Source: Mytilus trossulus
Lineage: Eukaryota
Assembly: GCF_036588685.1 (NCBI RefSeq)
Contig: NW_026963294.1
Span: forward strand, 124,001 to 188,000
Reading direction: 5' to 3'
DNA: 64,000 nt
Of this stretch, positions 12,519 through 24,975 are shown in pieces. The notes beneath the pieces were generated by a model. It was not told the DNA's origin. It made no database searches and saw only the letters and a list, made by a program, of their open reading frames with translations. A program made the translations under genes and the position numbers. Each line of letters opens with the position of its first letter. Within the stretch, counting starts at the first letter, position 1.

Positions 12519-14152
12519 TTACGGTGGCTTAAATCGTCTTTCGGAAAACATTACTGATCTAATAGCAGACAAAGCACCATATGATACCATCAAAGGGAAG
12601 TATTCAATATGGATGGACAAATATGAAATGTTTATTGAACAACACCAAAACATTATGCCTAAGATAGGTCATGAAGAAGACAAAGAATCATATATGATGG
12701 TTTTCCAAGAAAGAGATGAATATTTACGTGAGATCAAGAGATCAATAGAAAATTATTTCAACGCTATCCGCGAAAAAAATAAACAAACACTGAGGTCAAA
12801 AAGTGTAATTAGTAAACAATCATCACTTTCAAGATCAAGTTTATCATCACAAAGGTTAAAAGAAGAACAAAAACGAGTTGAATTAGAGACAAAATTGGCA
12901 GCATTTAAAAGAAAGAAAGACATTGAGTTAGCAAAGTTAAAATCAAAATTAGAAGAATTACAACTTGACATCGATATAGCTATAGCAGACGCAAAAACAA
13001 AATTATTAGACAAGTATGAAAATCTTGAATCCGAATCAAATAGTACATGTAGTACTCGCGTTTTCAAAGTACAATCAAAACCAAAGAAATCTGGCATTGC
13101 ACAAAAAATAGCTGTGAATTATAACTTAATGGCAAAATCGTTTGTACCAAAGAACGAGATAAAAGAAGTACTCGAAATTAGACGAGTTAAAGCCATAAAG
13201 GTCAATAAAATTATATCTACCGCAAATAACACACATTTGCAAGAACCTAAAAATGAACCTAATATGACTGTGATATCCAGCATTAAACATGATAAAAATA
13301 TGAACAATATTCAGGCTAATACAGTGGAAATAGCAATATAGTGGAAAATAGTATGTCTGAAGTAGTGAAACACTTACGAAAACCTACACCTGATATTAAG
13401 AAATTCGGAGGAAACCTTTTAGAATACAGAAAGTTTTATAGACAATTTCAAGCAAGAATAGTTGCAAATTCAGATAACGAGGAGGAGAAAATGACTTATT
13501 TGGAACAATTTACATATGGCAAAGCAAGCAAAGTAGTAAGTGGATTTAGCCATTTAATATGTGACCATGCATATAGTGCAGCAATCAGACAATTAGAAGA
13601 AATATATGGAGATACAGAAGTTATTGCAAGTGCATTCATTAAAAGAGCACTAAAGTGGCCTAACATACTAGCTGGAGATTCAAAGTCACTTGATGATTTA
13701 TCTTTATTTCTGATTGAATGTGAAAATGCAGCTGTAAGCATGGAAGCTATGCGTATTCTGGAATACTCCGAGACATTAAGCGACTAATGATTAAATTACC
13801 ATTCTACTTTTATGATCCATGGAGAAATGTAGTTATGCGAACAAAGGAAAAGAAAGAGTCCGTAACAATTACACACTTTGTGCAGTCTATGAAACAGGAA
13901 GCTAAAAAGACCAATGACCCAACTTATGGTAATATAGCGGTTTCTGCAAAACATAATAATACAAGAGACCAGAAGGCTATAAATGTAACTGATAACAAAT
14001 CGAAACAGAATTAAAGGATGAGCTTTGTCACAGATGTTAAAAACGAACATGATAAGCATGAAAATGAACTGAAATGTACCTACTGTGGAAACTGTCATAA
14101 ATTAGAAGATTACAAAAGCATACTATCTTTGAGTATTCGAAACCGTTATGAA
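12519..14152 (+). pseudogene. BEL gag (DUF1759-like region) with frameshifts
   Basis: KFGGNLLEYRKFYRQF...KMTYLEQF...LEEIYGD; C-terminal Cys/His knuckle CTYCGNCH. Confidence 0.85.
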
Positions 14153-14260
14153 AAAAAGTAAAATCACAAAAATACTGAACTCAGAGGAAAGTCAATTTGG
14201 ATAGTCCATAATCACATTTCAAAATCAAAAAACAAAACGCATCAAAAACGAATGGACAAG

Positions 14261-14360
14261 AACTGTCATATTCCTGACTTGGTACAGGCATTTTCAAATG
14301 TAGAAAATGGTGGATTAAACCTGGTTCTATAGCGCTAACCCTCTCACTTTAATAACAGTC
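14261..14360 (-). ncRNA. Putative P5-type twister-like ribozyme in the PLE 3' end
   Basis: GACUGUUAU..GAGGGUU..UUUAAUCCAC-CAUUUUC/GAAAAUG-CCUGUACCAAGUCAGG..AUGACAGUU. Confidence 0.6.
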
Positions 14361-14459
14361 TCATCAAATTCCGCTACATTTACATGATGCGTTAAATAAA
14401 CAGTCACAATTAATAAAATAGTCAAAATATGGGTACATCAGTCATCATTGTATAACAAT

Positions 14460-15095
14460 TTTAAAAGGAACAATTTAACAGGACACAAAAACATCTACTA
14501 TCTACGAACACATGGATTGATTTGAGTGTCTGACGTCAGAAAAAATATATACGTCACATAAATTTGTTGTTCATTGTGCATACAATAGTTATCAAAAGTA
14601 CCAGGATTATAAACAATTTAAAATTTACATAGGCAATGAACGCATACAGGGTTAAATAATCATTTGTCGTTCAATGTGCATAACAAACAATTTTAAAATT
14701 TACAAAGGCAATGTACGCATACAGGGTTAAAAAATCAAAAGTATGTAAGAATTAATTACAGAAATAGACCGAGATTCAAACTAGTCCAAAAGTTATACAT
14801 ATAATTTATGAGAATACAAAACTTTTAAAAGGAACAATTTAACAAGACACAAAAACATCTACTATCTACATGTGATCTACGAACACATGGATTGATTTGA
14901 GTGTCTGACGTTAGAAAAATTATATACGTCACATAAATTTGTCGTTCAATGTGCATACAAACAATTTTAAAATTTTCATAGGCAATGTACGCATACAGGG
15001 TTAAAAAATCAAAAGTATGTAAGAATAAATTACAGAAATAGACCGAGATTCAAACTAGTCCAAAAGTTATACATAGAATTTATGAGAATCCAAAA
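14460..15095. repeat. ~365-bp tandem duplication in the PLE 3' UTR
   Basis: ttttaaaaggaacaatttaaca.gacacaaaaacatctac at about 14459 and 14823. The first copy carries a 26-nt retrozyme-end fragment (14586-14611). Confidence 0.85.
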
Positions 15096-15459
15096 ATTGT
15101 TAATTCCACTACGCCATTGATTAATTTTGACGTTTGTGGTTCAACGTATATAGTAATTCATAATAGAAATATATCATAATGACATATTTAGACAAATATC
15201 ATACTGACAGGATCTTTTAAAGTATAGAGTCACGTTATAAGCACAAAAGAAATATAAAGAGTCACATATACAAAACAAATCACCAAAAAATGAAAGCCAA
15301 TACAAACACATTGACGAGATGTATAAGTACCGAGCCACGTCAAACGGATATTACATAAAACCATTCAACAGTAAAAGTAATCTTAATAATAGAACAAAAA
15401 CAAATAAAAGAACAATAAAACATGTTGTTCAGATGATACACAACATCAGTACGCAGAAT

Positions 15460-17058
15460 CTATACATCAAGACCATCGTGTATTATTTGAGAAGTTGATA
15501 CGGAATATTTATCAACAAGGTCTTGGTACCTTCCGATGAACTTTTTTAGAAAAAGGACGAGACGTTCTTTGACATACCCCTGGTTCATCAACTTTCTACT
15601 CAGACACTGATGACGTTTTACAAAGTCTGAGTAGGAGCTGCAAGCTCTTGAATATCGAATAAGTTGGGAAATATATATCCCATATGCAGGTGAAGTTGGT
15701 ATATTGCTACTAAGGTGGGGGAAATTTATAATTTCGAAATTAAAATCGTCTCGTTTGTCATAGATTCTGGTACTGAGATGACTGTGTAAGTCAAATTCGA
15801 GATATAAGTCTAAAAATGAGGTGGAGGAAGCCGTGTCTGTTGTTTCTTTAATCTCGAGTTCTTGGGGATATATTAATGGAACCCAATCAGAAAAGTTCGG
15901 ATTGTTTAAGGAAAGAACATCATCAATATATCTGAAAGTGAAATTAAATAATCTGGCTTCTTTGATCCTCTTGTTTTTGACAAGTGTCTGGAGGAACTCC
16001 GTTTCATATGAAAATAAGAAAAGGTCGGCAAGAAGAGGCGCACAGTTTGTTCCCATAGGAATGCCAACAACTTGTTGGAAAAGTCTACCTCCAAACTCAA
16101 CAAATATGTTGTCGATAAGAAACTCCAGCATACTGACTACTTGTTCTTCTGTGTAGCATGATTTACCTTTTTGTTTGTCACTATTAACGAAATATGCTTT
16201 ATGAAATCCCAAAGTAATAAATTTATAGCGTATGCTACCATTTTCATGTTGAAAGGCATAATGGATTATTCCTTTTAGGCGATTTTTCAATTTTACATGG
16301 GGAATGGTGGTATACATGGTTGAAAAATCAAAAGTTTTGATGGAACTTATTTCAGAAAGAGACCGAGATTTGAAATTGTTTAGAAGTTCTTTAGAATTTT
16401 TAAGAATCCACATATGGTTAATACCACTACGCGAGTAAACAGTTTCACAGTATTTCTGAAGACCCTCTTTCACTGCGGACAGAATTTTAGTCAATCTTGT
16501 AGATAATTCTTTAGTGGAAACAGCAATATACCGTTGTTTGTACGGAATTTTATGAAACTTTGGTATCCAATACAAACAAGGTAAGTCCTCCGATTTGGTG
16601 TTCAATGTAATGTCTATTGAAGCCGTGAAGGACTTATGATTTGCTAAAATCTCATCCTTGTCAAATGATATGTCTTTGTATGTGGGATTACCTGAGTGCT
16701 CCGTTATACCCAATTCTTTTACAAGACATTCGTAGTAATACGATTTACATACAAAGACAATATTATTTGAAGCTTTGTCCGCAGGAACAACAACATACTT
16801 ATCATGAAGAGTTGATAGACATTTCATGACCTCTTTGTCTCTGAAAACGGACTTTGGTCGATCGTTCACACAGTTTTTCAACTTGTGAATGCGACGTTTT
16901 ATCAGAGACCTGATAGTTTTAACCCATTCTGACAAAGTGTCCAGTTCAACTTCTTCTCGCTTAGCCCATGCTCTGGCGTAGTCCTCAATAGAATCCATAA
17001 TTATTTTTGAAGTTATGGTTCCAATTGAAGTGTTGGGGTTCTCTAAACTAAGGACCAT
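15460..17058 (-). pseudogene. Penelope-like reverse transcriptase: a 532-codon open stretch of a disrupted ORF
   Basis: PADKASNN, YWIPKFHK, TFDFSTMYT, GIPMGTNCAP, FRYIDD, FLDL, IYDKRDDF; upstream nonsense codon and frameshift at about 17048. Confidence 0.92.
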
Positions 17059-18166
17059 GAGAAATCACCTTTCGGAGATTTTCATGTTGAATTATATTTA
17101 GATCCCCAGTTATAACATGACCAGAGGGGCTGTAATTATAAAGCGAGTGGGAACAGTCACATGTCTGAGAGTTTTTAAGGTATTGTTCTAAATCAAGGTC
17201 CTGCGATGCCTGTTTATAGTTAAATATTTTAGGTGCAATGGTTTTGGTGTAACTGTAGGATACAATAGGAACAGACTGATTTTGAAAATAAATAGGAATT
17301 TTAGATGTTTCCTCCTTGTGATGTAGAACGTTGCAGATATTGGTTGCATCGATTCCTCTATTGGCAAAATCAACAGGAAGGAATCTCCTATTTTCTTCAT
17401 GTAAAGGTTCAGATCTTACTGGTTTGAAAAGACGGAAAAGAGCTACATCACAAATAATACTGACTAGTCTGTATATTGCAGAAAATGTATATGTGCCTCC
17501 TTTGTCAAGTGCATAATCTCTCAAACGTTTAAGAAAATTAACTGGCAGTGAAAAGAGAATAGTTCTTATGTAATGTAACCCTAGTGGATGATGAAGATGT
17601 GAAAGAAGGTCATCAAAGCTCCCAGATGGTGATCTAGATTTGGAAGATTTTTTACATTAGGCCGATGGTAATGTGTTTGCCCATGACTACGTTGTTGTCG
17701 TAATGAAGTATTAAATAAACTCATTACATTAACATCACTGCAGGCAGGACTTGACAAATTTCCTACGCCTTTAATATCGTCATTGCAACCATATGGCATT
17801 GCAGTCCCTATAACTCCCTTATCCAAACATTTTCTCTATCTTTGCGGAAGGGAGTACTTAGTACAGGGCTATTTGTGTGGTGATAAATTTTCTCAATGAT
17901 GCGTACTTTCATAGATAAAGAAGGATCATGGTCCGGTTGATTAAAATGGTTATAAAGAACCCTATATTGAGGATCTTTATTATCAGACCGGTGTTGATTC
18001 ATTCTTTTACGCAAAGTTTGACGAGTTTCACCAACATAAAGAAGCCCACACAAAGTACATTCGATTCCGTACACGACATTGTCCGTGGAACAGTCCAGAG
18101 GCTCGAAAGATTTAGTATAATATGTTTTAGAGGTTAAATTACTAGTAAAATCAGGAGTCGTGATAA
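17048..18166 (-). pseudogene. PLE GIY-YIG endonuclease plus linker, frameshifted
   Basis: NVVYGIECTLCGLLYVGETRQTLRKRMNQHR...RENVWIREL/GTAMPYGCND; frameshifts at about 17808 and 17625. Confidence 0.9.
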
Positions 18167-19228
18167 ACATTTAAAGAGCAAAGGTCATTGTTTTGATTTT
18201 CTCAAAATAGGACACAGGACAGTTAACTATAAAATGCGTGCCACATGTCTTATTTGTACCAAAAGACATCCAACTTTACTTCACGACAAAGACAAAGTAC
18301 CAAGAGATGTTATACCAATGAAACAGGGTGAACGTTTGACAGAGGTGGAAAATAAGACTAGCAACATGCACAAGCTATTTATCAGATAATAACAGCAAAG
18401 TAGGGGCTGGAGATATGTCATATGCAATGGCTATAATACCAGTAAGGGTAAAACTGAAGAATAAAGCACCTTGTGTAGAGACATACGCCTTCTTTGATTC
18501 AGGAAGTAGCGTGTCATTCTGTACGGAAAATCTGTTGCATAAGCTAGGTGGAAATGGTAAAAGAATGCAAATTACACTGAATACCATGGGTGAACCGTAT
18601 AAGATGACAACTTATGCAGTTTCTGGATTACAAGTATTGGACCTAGAAATGAATGATGTTGTAGAACTCCCAAGAGACTATACAAAGGATGAGATACCAG
18701 TTTCAGTGGATCACATTCCGAAACAAGAAGAAATCTCGAAATGGAGTCACTTGTCTGGAATTAAATAGCATAACATTGATGCTAGTATTGGACTTATAAT
18801 AGGCAATGCTGTCCAAGATGCCTACACACCATTTGAGGTTGCAACAGGACCAAGTGGATCCCCACATGTCACACGCACTAGATTACGATGGATTATATGG
18901 AATATGATACGAAAATGTACAGAAACTAATAAAGTCGTTAATCGAATAGAGATGTCTGCGATTCATGAAGAAGAGCATTCAAGGATTAACGAGTTAGTTG
19001 TAAAATCTATGAACTTTGATTTTCCTGAACGCATTATAGATGACAAGAGAGAAAACTCAGTAGACAACAATTCTTTCTTAGATTATGTGAATAAGAATAT
19101 TTGTTTTGAGAAGGGACAGTACTACATTCCGCTACCCTTCCGTGACAGCAATGTGAAACTGCCGAATAATGCTTCCCAGGGGCAAAAACGCTTGAAAAGT
19201 CTTAAAACAAGTTTATTAAGAATCCTTA
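18167..19228 (+). pseudogene. BEL gag Zn knuckles and aspartic protease
   Basis: GHCF..LKIGH...TCLICTKRHPTLLH; YAFFDSGS; GQYYIPLPF. Confidence 0.88.
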
Positions 19229-22012
19229 CCCAGACAACATGAGTATGTTGGCCCAACATTGGCCCAACGTATATCATTGCATTGGCCCATCGTTGTATTT
19301 TAACGTTGGCCCAACGTATAAGTGCAAAGTGGGCCTACGTTGGCCCAACATGATGGCTTCATGTTGGCTCAACGTTGTAGGGTTATATGCAATACATAGA
19401 GCCAACGTTGGCCCATTGTATGAAAAACGAAATCCATGTTGGCACAACGTTGGACCAACGTAGAAATATCTTTTCTTATGTTGGCACTATGTTGGTCCAA
19501 GGTAGGTATTTCTCATTTTTATGTTGGCAATACGTTGGTCTATTGTTTCAACCAAATTACAATGGATGCTGCATGAGGAGCTGTATATGATAAATACTCC
19601 GGAGTGCATTTGATCTTTTTTTGTATTCCAAACTGCCAAAGTTTAAGGTAGCAATTCTGTATTTTTGTATTACCCATTGTTGTTACCGCCCTTGTTTTTT
19701 TCATGAACTTTGCCTCTTTAATTTTATTTATTGTGTGACGCTAAGATATTTCTTTGGCAATGTTTGATGGATCGACCAGATAAACTCTGTGTCATTTGGT
19801 GTCTTGTAAAGACTTAGAGTTGTCTCATTAGCAATCATACCACATCTTCTTTTTTCATATCAATTTCATTTATTTCTTTAACAGAACAAATGACGTATGG
19901 CTTATGGTTAGGCGATCATACAAATAGTTTTTTTCGGAGTCGAATTTTAGTTGTATTGGTTCCAGATCCAGAATGAAAATTAAATAATTCAGAAGATGAA
20001 ACTTTATTAATTTTAAATTTGATATCATTGGTCGTCACCACGAGTAGTGTCCTCAATTTGAACTTCAACAGTGTCATTATTATTTATTTATGTTATTCTT
20101 TTTTTCCCTTCTCTGTTTCTTGCCACCTTCTCTGTCAAGGCTTAAGCGCCGCCAATCTTTAGCTGCATCATCTATTTCCTAATCCGAAGACTCTTTACAG
20201 CTATGTTTTTTTTTCTTACCGACTCTGTAATAAAGTTATAAGTAAACTTGAATTGCGTATTTGTCTAATGCATGCGTGCGTAATCTCCCTTCTAGATATG
20301 TAATATAAATTAATGTATATTCTAAATAGTTTAAATACTAATTTAATACAAAATAAAATCTTAAATAACCATTTTTTTTATATTGGTTATTTGTCTAATG
20401 GTCAGAAATTCATTAGTATTAGACGGATTTGTGGGTATAACAAACCCTTATTACTATTATTTCAGAATTCGGTATCATACTTTATATATTCGTAATATAC
20501 ATGATATATAAAGAATAAGTTAGATGTGTATTAATGAACAGTTATATATTTGATATATAAAAACACTGTTACACATTCAAGTGTGTATATGATCAGGTTT
20601 CACAAATATATCGTATCTGTTTGCATGCGATTTAGAAATACAATAAAACTAACAAATGGATTTATATTTTAATGAAGTAGAAATCATTATACCACATTTT
20701 TGAAACATTACGGAATAAGGTACATCTTAAGACAATTTTATTCCATTAACTTCAGTAATGATCATACATGTTGTGGATATAGATTTATATAATTTACCAT
20801 TTGTTTGAAGATACTAATGTTCAGTGGCAAATATTTCATGATAATTAATAGGATTGAAATAATTTAAAATCTAGAAAATATTTCGCCCAAAACGTATAAA
20901 CTTCAAGATCAGCATTATAAAATGATAGAAATTAATATATGTTTTGATTTTTAACAACATCCCTCAGATTAAAAAATCATATTGTATTTGTCATTCTGAA
21001 TCGTATATATATATCATTTTTTTTAAAGTTACAACTTACATGTTACTATCTTTCTCTTTGAATCTCAGATGACATGATTTTCTCTTTTTGTTTTCTTCGT
21101 ATCACTGCTTTCTTACAAATACACAACAGGAAATAATCACAAAAGTGACCATCCCATTACATTCAGATTTCCTATAAACTTAATTACCATAGCAACTATC
21201 TTTGAAATTTGTCGAACATATGGTCAACCTTATCAGAATGGGCTTGATTAACAGACTGGCTGTATCAAATATCACTCTGCATAAAATTGCTATTATTATG
21301 TTTCACAAAGTTTAATGAATAAAGTTATTATAAATAATGATTGCAATAAATTTTAATTTTTAACCAGGCAATTATCTATGTTTACGATATACATTTTTTT
21401 TTATTACAGTAATGATATTCCAGTACAAATTTTACCTGACTTATATATAGAGTATAATATATGATCACGCAACGTTGAGCCAGCATTGGCCCAACATAAG
21501 AGTTGTAAATGTAATTTCAGTTGATAAACACTTTCCGTTTAACATTTACTTTTCATAAAGCCTGCTGCAATCGAAATTATCCGCCTCCCAAGAGAAATAA
21601 AGCGTAAAATATTATTTAATCAATTCTATTAACAAAATTTCATATCGTCCCTATGTTGCTACTAACATAATGCCAACATTTGCCCGATTATTTATAACCA
21701 ACATGAGATAATAATATGAATTAACAACAACAGACCAACGTTGGGCCAATGTTGTGCAGCCGACACCAACGTGCGACCAATGTACCGACAATTTGCCAAC
21801 GTTGGGCCAATGTTGTGCAGCCAACATAAACTTGCGACCAACGGACCGACAATTTGCCAACGTAGGGCCAATGTTGTGCAGCCAACATAAACTTGCGACC
21901 AACGGACCGACAATTTGCCAACGTTGGGCCAATGTTGTGAAGCCAACACCAACGGTCGACCAACGGGCCGACCATTTGCCAACGTTGGCCCACTGTTAGT
22001 CTGCTGACTGGG
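19229..22012. mobile_element. Non-autonomous TIR DNA transposon (CCC termini, TA TSD; CMC/EnSpm-like), 2784 bp
   Basis: CCCAGACAACA...TGCTGACTGGG flanked by TA; dense ccaacgttggcc subterminal repeats at both ends, including 41-bp tandem units at 21735-21990; BEL pol is continuous across it. Confidence 0.8.
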
Positions 22013-23507
22013 TAATTCCACCAGGACTATACTGATTTTATGGAAAACTGCTAGAAAGAGGTTATATGGAACACGCCCCAAAAGAACAGTTCAACAGAAA
22101 CGATGGACGAGTATGGTATATCCCGCATCATTGTGTTTACCACAGTCAGACATCCAGACAGAATTAGAATTGTGTTTGACTGTTCAGCTACATATATGGG
22201 TGTGTCTCTGAATAACCAAATCTTACAGGGACCATATCTCACCTACAACCTTCTAGGTGTTCTAATAAGATTTCGTGAAGAGAAAGTTGCAATTTTAGGA
22301 GATATGAAAGATATGTTTCACCAGGTGAAAGTGCCACCACTTGATAGAGACTGTTTAAGATTCTTTTGGTGGCCGAAAGGTAACATGGAGAATGAACCGG
22401 AACAGTATAGAATGACCGTACATTTGTTCGGTGCCACATCATCACCAAGTTGCTTGAACTATGCGCTAAAAAGAACAGCTGAAGACTTCGGTGAACATTA
22501 TAATAAAAAGCAATAACTAAGAGCATGTATGTTGATGATTGTCTCTCGTCATTATCAACTGACGTTGAGGCAATATCGATATCGTTGATAAAGAACGTAA
22601 CTTCTTTGTGTGAAAAGGGTGGATTTCATATGACAAAATGGATCAGTAACAGCCCACTCGTAATTAAATCGATACCAGAGGAGGAGCATGCCAAAGAGGT
22701 CAAGCAGTGGAGTCTTGAGGATGACCTCTCAGTTGAACGTGCATTAGGTGTGCAATGGTCTATAGAGACTGACACTCTTGGATTCAGAATTAAGTGCAAA
22801 GAAAAGATACTAGTTCAGTATACGATTCTTTAGGACTTATATCGCCGTACGTGCTGAATGCTAAATCTATACTATAAGGTTTGTGTAGACAAGGATTTAG
22901 TTGGGATAAAGAACTTACGGGACCTGATTTAAAGAAATGGAACGATTGGTTTAAGGATCAGCTTTCCGACCTTGAGAACATGAGAATAGACAGGTGCTAT
23001 AAACCTGAAAACTTTGGAAAGGTTGTTTCATCTCAGCTTCATTGCTTTTCTGATGCTAGTGAAATTGGCTACGGAATAGTATTTTATTTACGCCTTGTTG
23101 ATAATGAAGGAATGATTCATTGTTCTTTTGTACTCGGCACGTCCCGAGTAGCACCATTGAAAAAGGTAACTATACCTAGGATGGAACTTACAGCCGCAAC
23201 ACGAGCAGTAAAACTAAGTACCGTTATATTAGAGGAGTTAAAATACAGCATAGACAAAACATTCTTTTGGACAGACAGTATGTCAGAATTACGCTATATC
23301 AGCAATCAGAATATACGTTTCCACACTTTCGTTGCAAACCGCTTAGAAGTCATTCATGAAGCTACACTTGTCGATCAGTGGAAGTATATCAATACAAAGC
23401 TTAATCCTGCAGATTATGCATCTAGGGGAATGTCAGTTTCAAAGTTTGAATCAAATCCAGACTGGTTTAATGGACCAGAGTATCTGTGGAAACCAGAAAT
23501 AGAATGA
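22013..23507 (+). pseudogene. BEL reverse transcriptase and RNase H, frameshifted
   Basis: RIVFDCSA, LIRFR, DMKDMFHQV, HLFGATSSP, YVDD; LHCFSDAS, TIPRMEL, WTDS, NPAD. Confidence 0.93.
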
Positions 23508-24230
23508 CCAGAAGGGCACATAGACAAGACTATTATTGATGAAGATAAAGAATTGAAACGAGCCGTTAACACTACAATATTGTCAAGCGAACATCACGGA
23601 TTAGATAGACTGTTCTCTCTATTCTCAGAATGGAAGGAACAAAAGAAAATAACTAGTGGGTTATTTATTGCGTTGGACAACTTGAGGAAACTTGTTAAGG
23701 AAAGAAAACATATAAGAAACAAACGTCAATCAGAAGGTGAGGACTCAGTGGATAATCAGAATGAACTAACAGTCAGAAATTCATTGAACGGAGTGACGAA
23801 AGATATTCAGATCACGTTACCGACAACTGAATCTTTTAATAGATCATTAAATATGAGCAAAATGTTCGCTTTGAAGAAGAAATACATGTACTTCAAAATA
23901 TCGTCCGAGGTAAAGTGTTAAAGAAGTCATCTAAACTCTTCAAACTTAATCCATTTCTAGACGAGAATGGTTTGTTACGAGTAGGAGGAAGATTAGAGCG
24001 TGCTGATTTACCGTATGATGCGAAACATCCAATATTATTACCGAAAGACTCTAACATTTCAAAGTTGATCATTGAAGACATTCACCGTTCAGTAGGACAC
24101 TTGGGTAAAAACTCAATTCTGGCGCAACTAAGGCTAAAATTTTGGATTATTGGTTCTAGCTCTATGATTAAAGAAATAGTATCAAATTGTGTAATCTGTA
24201 GGAAGTACTGTGCACCATTTGTTGACCAAA

Positions 24231-24607
24231 TAGTTATCAAAAGTACCAGGATTATAAATTTTTATACGCCAGACGCGCGTTTCGTCTACATAAGACTTAT
24301 CAGTGACGCTCAGATCAAAACAGTTAAAAAGTCAACACAAATACAAAGTTGAGGAGCATTGAGGACCAAAAATTCCAAAAAGTTGTGCCAAATACGGCTA
24401 TGGTAATCTACTCCTGGGGTAAGAAAATCCTTAGTTTTTCGAAGAATTCAAAGTTTTGTAAACAGAAAATTTATAAAAATGACCATATAATTGATATTCA
24501 TGTCAACACCGGAGTGCTGACTACTGGGTTGGTGATACCCTCGGGGACGAAACGTCCACCAGCAGTGGCATCGACCCAGTGGTGTAAATAGTTATCAAAA
24601 GTACCAG
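24231..24607 (-). mobile_element. Non-LTR retrozyme: one 358-nt monomer plus terminal redundancy
   Basis: 22-nt direct repeat aaatagttatcaaaagtaccag at both ends; type I hammerhead at 24266-24309; inserted in the integrase codons for PFVDQ/KMANLP. Confidence 0.85.
24266..24309 (-). ncRNA. Minimal type I hammerhead ribozyme, core variant CUGAUAA
   Basis: gcgtca CTGATAA gtct tatgt agac GAAA cgcgcg TC tggcgt. Confidence 0.8.
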
Positions 24608-24975
24608 CAAAAAATGGCTAATTTACCAAAGGAGAGACTTATATCCGACAAACCACCATTAACGATGGTTGGAATGGACTTTTTCGGACAGTTTCAGATC
24701 AAACAAGGAAGAAGTTTAGTAAAACGATATAGGTTATCTTTACTTGTCTCTCCATCTGTGCCGTTCACTTGGAAATTGCACATTCTATGGATACAGATTC
24801 TTGTATAAATGAAATCAGACGTTTGATATCTCGCAGAGGTAATCCAGAATTCATAAGATCAGATAACGGAACAAATCTAGTTGGAGCAGAAAGAGAAATG
24901 AGAGAAGAAATAGAAAGATGGAACATAGACAAGATAAATAATTTTATGCTTCAGAAAAGTATAAAATGGGCATTC

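Larger units (their letters stand above)
14153..18166 (-). mobile_element. 5'-truncated Penelope-like retroelement with N-terminal GIY-YIG (Naiad-type domain order)
   Basis: GIY-YIG lies upstream of RT on the minus strand, followed by a ~1.3 kb 3' UTR. Removing it restores BEL gag RYEHLKSKGHCF. No clear TSD. Confidence 0.9.

Noticed and set aside
21651-22081. Overlapping repetitive ORFs
   Set aside because: They derive from the 41-bp subterminal repeats of the TIR element
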